Positions 34,935-44,821 of a DNA stretch of 63,221 nt are shown in pieces. A program made the translations under genes and the position numbers. Where the stretch lies: contig CAVFKD010000003.1 in NCBI GenBank assembly GCA_963623095.1, forward strand, positions 2,740-65,960, read 5' to 3'. Under the pieces are notes generated by a model. That model searched no databases. It saw nothing but the letters and a program-made list of their open reading frames with translations, and was not told where the DNA came from. Position 1 is the first letter of the stretch; every line of letters starts with the position of its first letter. Source of the DNA: a bacterium. GTDB taxonomy: Bacteria > Bacillota_I > Bacilli_A > RFN20 > CAG-449.

Positions 34935-36872
34935 TTATCTTCCTCCTGGACCAGGACGAGATGAATTTCCATCAGAATTAACTATATTATTAATAGTGAT
35001 AGTTTTTATTTCAGTTCCATTGACATATATAGAATATGTTTCATTTTTTTGGAATGCTTCTAAAGAACAAATTATTCTTGAAGCTTGTTTGGTTGTAGTA
35101 ACACTAGCGAGAGTTATTGAAGATGAATCTTTTATTTCAATTAAAGATCCTGATGAATAAGTTTTTCCAAGTGTAGTAGAAAAAGAATATTGTTTAGAAG
35201 ATGAAGAAGGATTTTCAACCATTGAAGAAGTAGTATAACAAAGAATGTTACCTCCATTAATGAAAGTACCTTTATCTGCATCTAAAGGTGAATCACCTGA
35301 ATTATTTGGACCATGAACGCAGATATTACCTCCGTTGATATATGTTGTTCCATTAGAATCAATTCCATCGCCTTCGTTATAAACATTAATGTTTCCACCT
35401 TCAATTAAAATATAAGGAGTGATAGAAGTTTCATCAGTCGCGGCATTGATTCCATCATCAGAAGAATTAATATCAATATTACCATTTAATATTTTAATAT
35501 ATGTTCCTTCTAAACCTTCATAAGAAGAATTAATACTAATTGTTCCTCCATCAATATAATTAACATTATCGGAAGTTATTCCATCATCTAATGTATCTAT
35601 AGTTATAGAAGAATCTAACATGTATGAATTACCATTATTAGTATGAATTGCATCATCAGTTGAATTAATTTCGACAGAACTATTTTCTAAGATTAAACCA
35701 TAATTAATGGAAGATATTGTTGCATCATCTTCATCATCGCCATTAGTATCATATTCTATTGATCCTACTTTAATACCTTTACATGATTGGCTTAAAGCAT
35801 AATAAGAAGAAGGATTTCTTATTTCATCGCTTCCAACTCTTTGATATTTTGAATTGGATAAACGGTATTTAAAATCATCATTTTCTAAATTGTATGTTGC
35901 AATATTTTCACTGGAATAAGAAACAAAATTTCCTTCAGTAGTGATGTTAATAGAAGAATTATCAATATCAATAAATGTATCAGCTTGAATTCCATCACCC
36001 TTAACTACGCAGGTATAAGAACTATTTTTAATAATTACATAACCTAATGCATAATCAAATTCATAAGTGGTGCCTTTTTTATTATCATAATCACATTCAG
36101 TATGAATTCCATCTTTTGAAGAATCTAAATTATTAATAGTTAAATTACCTTCTTCCATATAGAAAGTTTCACTTGCGATACCATGCTTAGATGCACTTAT
36201 ATTAATAGAAGAAGAGAAGATATATAAATTACTAGATACTTTAATACCAGTAGAATCTAAATCATTAGAAGATATATTTAAACTACCTTTACCATTAATA
36301 ATTAAATCACCTTTAACTTGTAATACATTATTACCTTCACCATTAGAAGTAATTGAATTAGTAGTACCTTCAATTAATGTGATAATTAAAGTGATTTTCT
36401 TATCTGATTTAATAATCCCAGAAGTTCCATTACCATTTATAGAAGCATTATTTAAATAAAGATGAATAGTTGAATCTTTACTCGCATTAATAATTAATCC
36501 TGAAGTATAATTTCCACTTAGTAAATAATCTCCAGAAGCAGTAATTGAATCTCCATCGTTTAAAGAAATAATACTAGTTTCATCATAAGAAATATTATCT
36601 TTATATGACTTTGTAACTAATGAATTAACTTGTTGCTTTATAGATGATTTAATACTTTCATAATCTTGTTCTTCAGGTGTAGGTAATTGACTTTTATCAC
36701 TTGAAGAACTATTTTCATTTACATACATGCCACTTCCATAACTTGTTATCGAAGAACTTGTTTGATTCGATTCATAACTTGTAACACTAGAAGAAGTAGA
36801 AGAGCAAGATGCAAATAATGAAAGAGAAAATAAACTGAGTAATAAAATCTTTTTTGATAATGGTTTAATCAT
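34935..36872 (-). CDS. surface lipoprotein, carbohydrate-binding beta-helix type (Cthe_2159-like)
   Basis: Lipobox LSLFASC and a Ser/Thr-rich linker. Repeated DGI(H/T/N/D) and IN(I/S)... turns appear (DGIHTE, DAIHTNN, DGITSD, DGINAA, DGIDSNG). Confidence 0.75.
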   Translation of the reverse strand: MIKPLSKKILLLSLFSLSLFASCSSTSSSVTSYESNQTSSSITSYGSGMYVNENSSSSDKSQLPTPEEQDYESIKSSIKQQVNSLVTKSYKDNISYDETSIISLNDGDSITASGDYLLSGNYTSGLIINASKDSTIHLYLNNASINGNGTSGIIKSDKKITLIITLIEGTTNSITSNGEGNNVLQVKGDLIINGKGSLNISSNDLDSTGIKVSSNLYIFSSSINISASKHGIASETFYMEEGNLTINNLDSSKDGIHTECDYDNKKGTTYEFDYALGYVIIKNSSYTCVVKGDGIQADTFIDIDNSSINITTEGNFVSYSSENIATYNLENDDFKYRLSNSKYQRVGSDEIRNPSSYYALSQSCKGIKVGSIEYDTNGDDEDDATISSINYGLILENSSVEINSTDDAIHTNNGNSYMLDSSITIDTLDDGITSDNVNYIDGGTISINSSYEGLEGTYIKILNGNIDINSSDDGINAATDETSITPYILIEGGNINVYNEGDGIDSNGTTYINGGNICVHGPNNSGDSPLDADKGTFINGGNILCYTTSSMVENPSSSSKQYSFSTTLGKTYSSGSLIEIKDSSSITLASVTTTKQASRIICSLEAFQKNETYSIYVNGTEIKTITINNIVNSDGNSSRPGPGGR

Positions 36873-37071
36873 AATAATGAATCTCCTTTTTAATCTATAT
36901 TATAAAGATTTCCTTAAAATTAACAAAAAAATTATAAATAAAAAAATAAATTTTATAAGTAAAATAATTAATTTTTTAAGTGATTTAAATAAGTTATACT
37001 AAAAAACATTTTAGTTGAATTGATAAAACTTTATTTATTAAAAAAATAGGGTATTTTTAAATGCTTGGATA

Positions 37072-37099
37072 TTGAGAAAATTTACATCTGTAGTATAAT
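37072..37099 (+). promoter_or_regulatory. candidate promoter of the glycerol operon
   Basis: TTGAGA (37072-37077), 16-nt spacer, TATAAT (37094-37099). Confidence 0.5.
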
Positions 37100-37105
37100 A
37101 ATTTA

Positions 37106-37119
37106 TGTAAACGCTTACA
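37106..37119 (+). promoter_or_regulatory. catabolite-responsive element (cre, CcpA site)
   Basis: TGTAAACGCTTACA matches TGWAANCGNTNWCA at every defined position. It lies between the -10 box and the RBS of the first glycerol gene. Confidence 0.7.
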
Positions 37120-37130
37120 GGAGGTAGGTT

Positions 37131-38597
37131 ATGATTTATGATGTTTTAATAATAGGCGGAGGAATTACAGGTTGTTCAATTGGTTTTGAATTATCTAAAT
37201 ATGATTTAAAAGTCAAAATGGTTGAAAAACATAATGATATTTCCATGATGACAACTAAAGCTAATTCTGGAATTGTTCATGCTGGCTATGATCCAAAGCC
37301 AGGAACCAAAATGGCAAGATTAAATGTTTTAGGAAGTAAAATTTATAAAACTTTAGCGAGAGATTTAAATGTTCATTATGTCAATAATGGTTCTTTAGTT
37401 ATTGGTAGAAATGATAAAGATAAAGAAATAATTAATGAATTATTTAGACGTGGTAAAGCAAATGGTGTTGAAGATATAGCGATTCTTACTACAGATGAAA
37501 TAAGAAAAATAGAACCTTCAATTAACCAAGAAGTTAATTATGCTTTATATGCACCAACTGCAGCGATTGTTTCTCCTTGGGAAATGGCTTTAGCTCTTGG
37601 TGAAAACGCAGTTAGAAATGGTATGGAATTATCATTAGAAACTGAAGTATTAGATATTAATAAAGTCGGTGATAAATTTGTAATTAAGACTTCTAAAGGT
37701 GATATTGAAGCTAAATATGTTATTAATGCTGCAGGTTTATACGCGGATAAAATTAATGATTTAGCAATTAAAGATCATAAAGAAGAACACTTTGATATCA
37801 CACCAGTTAAAGGTGAATATTATTTATTAGATAAAGTTGAAGGAAGATTAGCCAACACTGTTATTTTCCAAACACCAAATGAACTTGGTAAAGGTGTATT
37901 AGTTTCAAAAACTGTTCACGGCAATTTAATTGTCGGACCTAACGCAAGTAGTGAAGTAGAATCAAAAGATGATGTTTCAACTACATCCAAAGCATTAAGC
38001 TATGTTAGAACTGCATCAGCTTTATCAGTACCTACAATTAATTTTAGAAATAACATTAGAAACTTCTCTGGTGAAAGAGCAACAATTGTTGGAAGAGATG
38101 ATTTCTTAATTGAAGAATCAAAAGCAGTTCCAGGATTTATTAATTTCGCTGGAATTAAATCACCTGGTTTAAGCTGTGGACCTGCATTTGGATTAGAAGC
38201 AGTTGATATGCTTAAAAAAGCAGGCTTAACATTTAAAGAAAATAAGAATTTTGAAATTACTCCATTACCAAAATTCTTTAAAGATATGACAAAAGATGAA
38301 ATCAATCATAAAGTTGAATCTAATCCTTTATATGGAAGAATTATTTGCCGTTGTGAAACAGTATCTGAAGGTGAAATTGTCGATGCATTACATCGTCCAA
38401 TTGTTTGCCCAACTATTGACGGAGTTAAAAGAAGAACTAATGCTGGAATGGGTAGATGCCAAGGTGGTTTCTGCGGACCTAAAGTATTAGAAATTATTAA
38501 AAGAGAAACAGGCTTAAAAGCAATGGATATTCTTCAAGATAAGGCAGGATCACATATTGTACTTGCTCACACTAAAGGAGGAGACGAAAATGAATAG
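37131..38597 (+). CDS. FAD-dependent glycerol-3-phosphate dehydrogenase/oxidase-like protein with C-terminal BFD-like [2Fe-2S] domain
   Basis: FAD fold VLIIGGGITGCS and C-terminal CRCETVSEGEI...GMGRCQGGFC. First gene of the operon that ends with glpK. Confidence 0.85.
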   Translation: MIYDVLIIGGGITGCSIGFELSKYDLKVKMVEKHNDISMMTTKANSGIVHAGYDPKPGTKMARLNVLGSKIYKTLARDLNVHYVNNGSLVIGRNDKDKEIINELFRRGKANGVEDIAILTTDEIRKIEPSINQEVNYALYAPTAAIVSPWEMALALGENAVRNGMELSLETEVLDINKVGDKFVIKTSKGDIEAKYVINAAGLYADKINDLAIKDHKEEHFDITPVKGEYYLLDKVEGRLANTVIFQTPNELGKGVLVSKTVHGNLIVGPNASSEVESKDDVSTTSKALSYVRTASALSVPTINFRNNIRNFSGERATIVGRDDFLIEESKAVPGFINFAGIKSPGLSCGPAFGLEAVDMLKKAGLTFKENKNFEITPLPKFFKDMTKDEINHKVESNPLYGRIICRCETVSEGEIVDALHRPIVCPTIDGVKRRTNAGMGRCQGGFCGPKVLEIIKRETGLKAMDILQDKAGSHIVLAHTKGGDENE

Positions 38598-39846
38598 TTA
38601 TGATTTAGTCGTTGTTGGAGGAGGTCCTGCTGGACTTGCTGCAGCATATGAAGCATATAACAATGGCGTTAAAGACATTTTAATCATTGAAAGAGATAAT
38701 CATTTAGGTGGTATTTTAAATCAATGCATTCATAATGGTTTTGGTTTAACTAGATTTAAAGAAGAATTAACAGGACCTGAATATGCAGGTAGATTTATTG
38801 ATTTAGTTAAAAAAACTGATATCAAAGTAAAATCTGATACAATGGTTTTACATCTATCTCATGATAAAGAAGTTCATTACGTTAACAAAGATGAAGGATA
38901 TCAAGTAATCAAAGCAAAAGCGATTATTCTTGCAATGGGATGTAGAGAAAGAACTCGTGGTGCGATTTCTACTCCAGGGGTAAGAACTGCAGGTATATTT
39001 ACTGCCGGAGCTTGCCAAAAATATGTTAACTTAGATGGCTATTTAGTCGGTAAGAAAGTTGTTATTTTAGGATCTGGTGATATTGGCTTAATTATGGCAA
39101 GAAGAATGACCTTAGAAGGGGCAAAGGTTCTCGCTGTATTAGAATTAATGCCATATTCAAATGGATTAAATAGAAATATTGTTCAATGTCTAAATGACTT
39201 TAATATTCCTTTATATCTATCTCATACTGTAACAGATATTAGAGAAAAAGATGGTAGAGTAAATCAAATTGTTGCTTCCAAAGTTGATAGCAAGAATCAA
39301 CCTATTCCAGGAACTGAAATGGTATTTGATGCAGATACATTATTATTAAGTGTTGGCTTAATCCCAGAAAATGAATTAACAAAAGAAGCACAAATTGATA
39401 TTGATCCAAGAACTAATGGACCTCGTGTATATGAAAATAATGAAACTTCATTAGATGGTGTCTTTGCTTGTGGTAACGTATTACATGTTCATGACTTAGT
39501 CGATAATGTTTCATTAGAATCAGAAAGAGCAGGTCGTTCTGCCGCAAAATATATTTTATCTTCTAAAAAAGAATTTAGTGCACCTATTGTAATGAAAAAT
39601 GGCAATATGGTTTCTTACACTGTACCTCAATTAGTTAGAAAAGAAAACTTAGATGATACATTAGATATTTTCTTTAGAGTAAGAGGTGTAATGACCAATA
39701 AAAGAATTATCGCTCGCTCAGGAGATAAGATTCTTGCAAAGGTTATGAAATTACATTTAGCTCCTGGTGAAATGGAACAATTAAAAATTAAGAAAGAATT
39801 ATTAGACGATGTCGAAGGCGAAATCATCGTTGAAGTGGAGGAATAA
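38590..39846 (+). CDS. NAD(P)/FAD-dependent pyridine nucleotide-disulfide-type oxidoreductase
   Basis: Two Rossmann motifs, DLVVVGGGPAGLAAA and VVILGSGDIGLIMA. ATG 38590 follows RBS AGGAGG; the track start 38557 is inside the upstream gene. Confidence 0.85.
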   Translation: MNSYDLVVVGGGPAGLAAAYEAYNNGVKDILIIERDNHLGGILNQCIHNGFGLTRFKEELTGPEYAGRFIDLVKKTDIKVKSDTMVLHLSHDKEVHYVNKDEGYQVIKAKAIILAMGCRERTRGAISTPGVRTAGIFTAGACQKYVNLDGYLVGKKVVILGSGDIGLIMARRMTLEGAKVLAVLELMPYSNGLNRNIVQCLNDFNIPLYLSHTVTDIREKDGRVNQIVASKVDSKNQPIPGTEMVFDADTLLLSVGLIPENELTKEAQIDIDPRTNGPRVYENNETSLDGVFACGNVLHVHDLVDNVSLESERAGRSAAKYILSSKKEFSAPIVMKNGNMVSYTVPQLVRKENLDDTLDIFFRVRGVMTNKRIIARSGDKILAKVMKLHLAPGEMEQLKIKKELLDDVEGEIIVEVEE

Positions 39847-39848
39847 AT

Positions 39849-40190
39849 ATGAAAGAACTAATTTGTATTACATGTCCTAGAGGTTGTCATTTACAAGTTG
39901 ATGAAGTTACTTTCGAAGTAAAAGGTAATTCTTGTCCACGTGGCGCGATTTATGGCGCGAATGAATTAAGAGATCCTCAAAGAGTAATTACTTCTACAGT
40001 TAAAATTACAAATGCATCTATGAATAGATTACCAGTAAGAACTTCAAAATCTATTTCAAAAGCAAAAATGATGGAAGTAATGAAATTATTAGATGAAGTT
40101 GTTGTTAATGCTCCAGTTCATAGAGGAGATATTATCTTAGAAAACATTTTAGGTACTGATGTTAATATTATTGCTTGTAGGGATTTATAA
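39849..40190 (+). CDS. DUF1667 domain protein (Cys-rich, partners the two oxidoreductases)
   Basis: [10 protein letters not shown]...GNSCPRG motif, 113 aa, in the characteristic three-gene arrangement. Confidence 0.8.
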   Translation: MKELICITCPRGCHLQVDEVTFEVKGNSCPRGAIYGANELRDPQRVITSTVKITNASMNRLPVRTSKSISKAKMMEVMKLLDEVVVNAPVHRGDIILENILGTDVNIIACRDL

Positions 40191-40192
40191 TT

Positions 40193-41692
40193 ATGGAAAA
40201 GAAAAGAAGATATGTTATCGCACTTGATCAAGGTACAACTTCTTCAAGATGTGTAATTTTTGATAACTCTAGTAATATTGTTGATATTGTCCAAAAAGAA
40301 TTTAAACAAATCTATCCTCAACCAGGTTGGGTTGAACACGATGCAATGGAAATATTCGCTTCTCAATATTCTGTTATGACAGAAGCTATTGCTAGATGTG
40401 GTATTCGTCCTTATCATATTCAAGCTATTGGTATTACTAACCAAAGAGAAACAACTATTGTTTGGGATAAAAATACTGGTAAACCAATTTACAATGCAAT
40501 CGTATGGCAATGTAGAAGAACCGCGGATATTATTGAACAAGCTAAAAAAGATGGTTTGACCGAATATATTAAAGAAAATACAGGCTTAGTACCTGATGCT
40601 TATTTCTCTGCATCTAAAATTAAATGGATTTTAGATCACGTTGAAGGCGCAAGAGAAAAAGCGGAAAATGGTGAATTATTATTCGGTACTGTTGATACAT
40701 GGTTAATGTGGAAATTAACAGGTGGTAAAACTTTTGCGACTGATTATACTAACGCATCTAGAACCATGATTTATAATATTAAGGAATTAAAATGGGATAA
40801 GAAATTATGCGATTATTTTGGTATCCCTATGTCAATGCTTCCTGAAGTTAAAAAATCTAGTGATGATTATGGAAGTGTTTCTATCTTTGGTTATGATATA
40901 CCAATTACTGGTGTAGCAGGTGACCAACAAGCAGCTTTATTTGGTCAAGCTTGTTTTGAAAAAGGCGATATTAAAAACACATATGGAACTGGTTGTTTCT
41001 TATTAATGAATATTGGCGAAAAATTTGTTAATTCTAAAAATGGATTAGTTACAACAATCGCAGCGACCGCGGATGATAAAGTAAATTACGCTTTAGAAGG
41101 TTCTGTCTTCGTCGGAGGGGCTATTGTTCAATGGCTTAGAGATGAAATGAGATTTATTGTTGATGCTGCCGATAGTGAATATTTCGCGACTAAAGCAAAG
41201 ACAAATGGAGGAGTTTATATTGTTCCTGCGTTTACTGGACTTGGCGCTCCACATTGGGATATGTATGCTAGAGGTACTATCTTTGGTTTAACTAGAGGTA
41301 GTAACCGTAACCATATTGTTCGTGCAGCTTTAGAATCAATCGCATATCAAACAATGGATGTTATCGATGCGATGAAACAAGATACAGGATTAGAAATAAA
41401 TTCATTAAAAGTTGATGGAGGTGCATCAAAGAATAATTTCTTAATGCAATTCCAAGCAGATATTATTAACGCACATGTCCAAAGAGCGAAGATTATGGAA
41501 ACTACCGCTTTAGGTGCTGCATATCTTGCAGGATTAAAAGTTGGAACATGGGAATCTTTAGATGAAATTAAGAAGATTTGGGCAGTTGATAAAGAATATA
41601 TCCCTAATATTCAAGGTGAAGAAAAAGAAGAATATATTAAAAGATGGCATAAAGCTATTTCAATGGCTAAAGGGTGGGAAAATTTCGATTAA
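40193..41692 (+). CDS. glpK: glycerol kinase
   Basis: [18 protein letters not shown] and GGASKN motifs, 499 aa. Confidence 0.96.
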   Translation: MEKKRRYVIALDQGTTSSRCVIFDNSSNIVDIVQKEFKQIYPQPGWVEHDAMEIFASQYSVMTEAIARCGIRPYHIQAIGITNQRETTIVWDKNTGKPIYNAIVWQCRRTADIIEQAKKDGLTEYIKENTGLVPDAYFSASKIKWILDHVEGAREKAENGELLFGTVDTWLMWKLTGGKTFATDYTNASRTMIYNIKELKWDKKLCDYFGIPMSMLPEVKKSSDDYGSVSIFGYDIPITGVAGDQQAALFGQACFEKGDIKNTYGTGCFLLMNIGEKFVNSKNGLVTTIAATADDKVNYALEGSVFVGGAIVQWLRDEMRFIVDAADSEYFATKAKTNGGVYIVPAFTGLGAPHWDMYARGTIFGLTRGSNRNHIVRAALESIAYQTMDVIDAMKQDTGLEINSLKVDGGASKNNFLMQFQADIINAHVQRAKIMETTALGAAYLAGLKVGTWESLDEIKKIWAVDKEYIPNIQGEEKEEYIKRWHKAISMAKGWENFD

Positions 41693-41700
41693 TCTAAAAT

Positions 41701-41729
41701 TTGACAAAACCTTAACACTATGCTATTAT
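41701..41729 (+). promoter_or_regulatory. consensus-like orphan promoter directly after glpK
   Basis: TTGACA (41701-41706), 17-nt spacer, TATTAT (41724-41729). Confidence 0.45.
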
Positions 41730-41763
41730 ATTCGAGCATAGAAATATGCAAGGGGGAAAGTTT

Positions 41764-41790
41764 GCTAAGAGAGTTTTCTCTTAGCTTTTT
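41764..41790 (+). terminator. rho-independent terminator
   Basis: Perfect 9-bp stem GCTAAGAGA / TCTCTTAGC with loop GTTT, followed by TTTTTATTTT. Confidence 0.85.
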
Positions 41791-41813
41791 ATTTTGTATT
41801 AAACATATTTTAT

Positions 41814-41822
41814 TGCTATAAT
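41814..41822 (+). promoter_or_regulatory. extended -10 box (TGCTATAAT) for the 41849 gene
   Basis: TGnTATAAT match, with TTGTAT 17 nt upstream. Confidence 0.45.
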
Positions 41823-41848
41823 GTATTTATATTATTAAAGGGGTCTAT

Positions 41849-43336
41849 ATGAAAATCGGTTTAAGAAATATTAAAACGGCAATTTCAGTTGCGATTTGTT
41901 TATTTATTTATCTAATTATAATTTTAGTATCTTTTATTTTTAATTCATCATGGGTTAAAAGTTTTAAGATTGCAACTCAGCTTTATACGCCGTTCTTTGC
42001 TTGTTTAGCGACAGCTTATTCAATATCTACAACTAAAGAAAAATCTTTAGCTCAAGGTAAATTAAGACTTTCGGCATCTATTATTGGAGGTTTATTTGGA
42101 TTATTAGTTGTTTCTATTTATCAATTATTTGGTTTAGAATGGCCTTTCCAACATATCTCCGCGACTGGTAATGCAACAACTGACGCTCCTACTGGTATAT
42201 TTAAAGGATGGTTTGTTGGAGGAGAGAATTTTACAAGTGATAATGTTAATGCTCAATTCTTACTTTCATTTATCGGTCCTATTTGTATAACTGCTTTAAC
42301 AGTCGTTGTTGTTATATTATTTTGTAATTTAATTCATCATCCTGAATGTAGCTTTATCGCAGTTTTAACATTAACCGCGGTTATGTGTTCGCTTGGTACT
42401 AATCCAATTATTTATGGACCAAATAGAATTTTATCAACTGTCATTGGTATTTTAGTCGCACTTGGAGTAAATATGATTAAATTACCGCATTATAAAAACA
42501 AAGATATTAAATTGATCTTTGGCTTAGATGGAATTTATAAAAATAATGATGACGCTATATCTGGATTTAATCATTATGAAATTGATCGATTAATTGAAGA
42601 TGGCGCGGATGTTAGTTTATTTACAACTAGAGCTCCATCAAAAATAATATCAATGATTGATGATACAAGAATTAAAAATCCTGTTATTTGTATGTCAGGC
42701 GCGGCAGTATATGATTTTAAAAATGAAAAATATTTATATGTAGAAAATATTAAAGATGATGTATCGATTAAAATTTCTGAAATCTTAAAGAAATTAAATG
42801 TCACACCATTTGTTAATGTCATTAAAGATGATTTACATTATGTTTATAGTGAATCTTTAGATAACGATGCAGAAAGACTTTATTTTAACAATAGAAGAAA
42901 TGAACCATATATTTCTTTTAATTTAGTTCCATCTTCACCTAATACTTCTGTATTGTATTACATGGTTATTGATAAAACTGAAATCATTGATGAACTTGAA
43001 CAAGATTTATTAAAAGAGGGAATTTCTGATCAATTAGTGATGTTAAAATATGAAGCATACGAACAAGATGAAAAATTTGATGGTTATTCATATTTAAAAA
43101 TATATTCAAAAGATATTGAAAATTTAAAATATTTAAAAGATTTTAATGATAAGAAAATTTATGGATTTATCTCTCATAAATATGATTATATCTTACAAGA
43201 AAATGTATCTTATTCTTTATCACCAGAATTTATTAATGAAAAATTAATTAAATCAACTAATGAAGTAGTAAAAGATGATAAAAACTTAATAAAGAAAGCA
43301 ATCAAGATTTATCATTCAAAAGAATATAATAAATAA
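41849..43336 (+). CDS. fusion protein: FUSC/aromatic-acid-exporter-like membrane domain plus Cof-type HAD-like domain lacking the nucleophile Asp
   Basis: The N-terminus MKIGLRNIKTAISVAICLFIYL plus 5-6 TM segments resembles the YgaE/ArAE family. The C-terminal domain has a Cof-like layout, but motif I reads FGLDGIY instead of DxDGT. Confidence 0.7.
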   Translation: MKIGLRNIKTAISVAICLFIYLIIILVSFIFNSSWVKSFKIATQLYTPFFACLATAYSISTTKEKSLAQGKLRLSASIIGGLFGLLVVSIYQLFGLEWPFQHISATGNATTDAPTGIFKGWFVGGENFTSDNVNAQFLLSFIGPICITALTVVVVILFCNLIHHPECSFIAVLTLTAVMCSLGTNPIIYGPNRILSTVIGILVALGVNMIKLPHYKNKDIKLIFGLDGIYKNNDDAISGFNHYEIDRLIEDGADVSLFTTRAPSKIISMIDDTRIKNPVICMSGAAVYDFKNEKYLYVENIKDDVSIKISEILKKLNVTPFVNVIKDDLHYVYSESLDNDAERLYFNNRRNEPYISFNLVPSSPNTSVLYYMVIDKTEIIDELEQDLLKEGISDQLVMLKYEAYEQDEKFDGYSYLKIYSKDIENLKYLKDFNDKKIYGFISHKYDYILQENVSYSLSPEFINEKLIKSTNEVVKDDKNLIKKAIKIYHSKEYNK

Positions 43337-43350
43337 TTTTATACCAACTA

Positions 43351-43377
43351 AAAAGCCTATTTTGAAGATAGGCTTTT
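43351..43377. terminator. bidirectional rho-independent terminator
   Basis: 10-bp stem AAAAGCCTAT / ATAGGCTTTT with a 7-nt loop. Confidence 0.8.
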
Positions 43378-43393
43378 CATTTTCTTTTGATTA

Positions 43394-44212
43394 TTAAATT
43401 TTTGCAAGAGCTTCTTTTTTACGGTTAGCTTCTTTTAAATATGAATCTTCATGTAATGTATTAAACATCATCATATTCCAATAATAGAGAATTAAATTAA
43501 TAACATTATTGAAAGCTTCTAATTGTTCATATATATCACTTGGAATATCTTTTCCATAATAATATTTTAAGAACTTATCAATAGTTTGTTTATTTGAAAT
43601 ATGATTCTTTGATAAGAACATTGCAATATCATAAGTTGGAATATTATTAGAAGCATATTCAAAATCAATAAAGTAAACATCATTATTTTTAACTAAAATA
43701 TTTCCAGGAAGTAAATCATTATGGCATAAATATAATTCTTCATTATTTACGATAGATAATGCTTTAGATAATATATCATCGTGATTTGGAAGTTTTTCAG
43801 TATGTGAATTTTCATGATAGTAAGAAACATGGTCTTCAATTGAATAATCTACTAAACATTTATATTTAAAACCATGTAATTTTTTCATCTTAACAGCGAT
43901 TTTTTCTAAAATGTCATCAGGAATTTCTTTGTAAGTAGATAAATCTTTCGCATCTTTAACATATTCTGTGATCTTGACACCTTCTTCTGTGATATATAAA
44001 CAAGGGAAAGTAATATCTTTATCTACAATAAAATGTTCTACATTAACTTCATTTTTTGTGTCGTAGAAATGTTGTACATATGATTTTCTTTCTCTGAATA
44101 AATACTTATCATTAACTAGGTAGTTATTATTTGATACGCCACCTTCATAGTATTGAATTGATTTAACATCGATATTCAATTGTTTTTTAAATACATCAAT
44201 TATTTGTTTCAT
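43394..44212 (-). CDS. choline/ethanolamine kinase family protein (APH fold, LicA-like)
   Basis: Brenner motif LCHNDLLPGNILV and IDFEYA. ATG 44212 (MKQIID) follows RBS AAAGGTGGG; the track GTG 44221 is part of that RBS. Confidence 0.75.
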   Translation of the reverse strand: MKQIIDVFKKQLNIDVKSIQYYEGGVSNNNYLVNDKYLFRERKSYVQHFYDTKNEVNVEHFIVDKDITFPCLYITEEGVKITEYVKDAKDLSTYKEIPDDILEKIAVKMKKLHGFKYKCLVDYSIEDHVSYYHENSHTEKLPNHDDILSKALSIVNNEELYLCHNDLLPGNILVKNNDVYFIDFEYASNNIPTYDIAMFLSKNHISNKQTIDKFLKYYYGKDIPSDIYEQLEAFNNVINLILYYWNMMMFNTLHEDSYLKEANRKKEALAKI

Positions 44213-44264
44213 AGTTCCCACCTTTAAAAATTATAATATTATTATAATTCTTTTAGTTTTATTT

Positions 44265-44273
44265 TGGTATAAT
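44265..44273 (+). promoter_or_regulatory. extended -10 box (TGGTATAAT) upstream of trmL
   Basis: TGnTATAAT match 33 nt before the ATG. Confidence 0.45.
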
Positions 44274-44305
44274 CTTTTATATATATGACAGGAGGAAACT
44301 AAAAA

Positions 44306-44821
44306 ATGCTAAATATTGTGCTCTTTCAACCGGAAATACCCCAAAATACTGGAAATATTATAAGAACTGCGATGGCTTTAAAAGCTAAATTACATTTAAT
44401 TAAACCTTTAGGATTCGACATAGGAGATAAATCTCTTTTAAGAGCGAGTATGGATTATATCGATGAATGCGATATTGAAACATATGAAAACATTGAAGAA
44501 TTTTATAAAAAGAATCCTGATGCAGATATATACTATGTAACTAGATATTCAAAAAAGACTTATTCTGATTTTGATTATTCAAGAGTAACAAAAGATTATT
44601 ATTTTATGTTTGGAAGAGAATCAACTGGTATTCCTCATGATGTATTAAGAGATCATTTAGATAAATGTGTAAGAATTCCAATGGTAATGAACGCGAGAAG
44701 TTTGAATTTATCTAATTCAGTTGCGATTGTTCTTTTTGAAGCAGCAAGACAACAAGAATTCTATGGTCTTTCTACTTTCGAAGCAATTAAAGGAGAAGAT
44801 TTTTTAGAAAATGAAAAATAA
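44306..44821 (+). CDS. trmL: tRNA (cytidine/uridine34-2'-O)-methyltransferase TrmL (SpoU family)
   Basis: NTGNIIRTA, GRESTGIP and LNLSNSVAI SPOUT motifs, 171 aa. Confidence 0.88.
   Translation: MLNIVLFQPEIPQNTGNIIRTAMALKAKLHLIKPLGFDIGDKSLLRASMDYIDECDIETYENIEEFYKKNPDADIYYVTRYSKKTYSDFDYSRVTKDYYFMFGRESTGIPHDVLRDHLDKCVRIPMVMNARSLNLSNSVAIVLFEAARQQEFYGLSTFEAIKGEDFLENEK

Noticed and set aside
34909-35160. 83-aa plus-strand ORF starting inside the tkt terminator
   Set aside because: It starts within the terminator hairpin and runs antisense to the lipoprotein gene C-terminus. No RBS.
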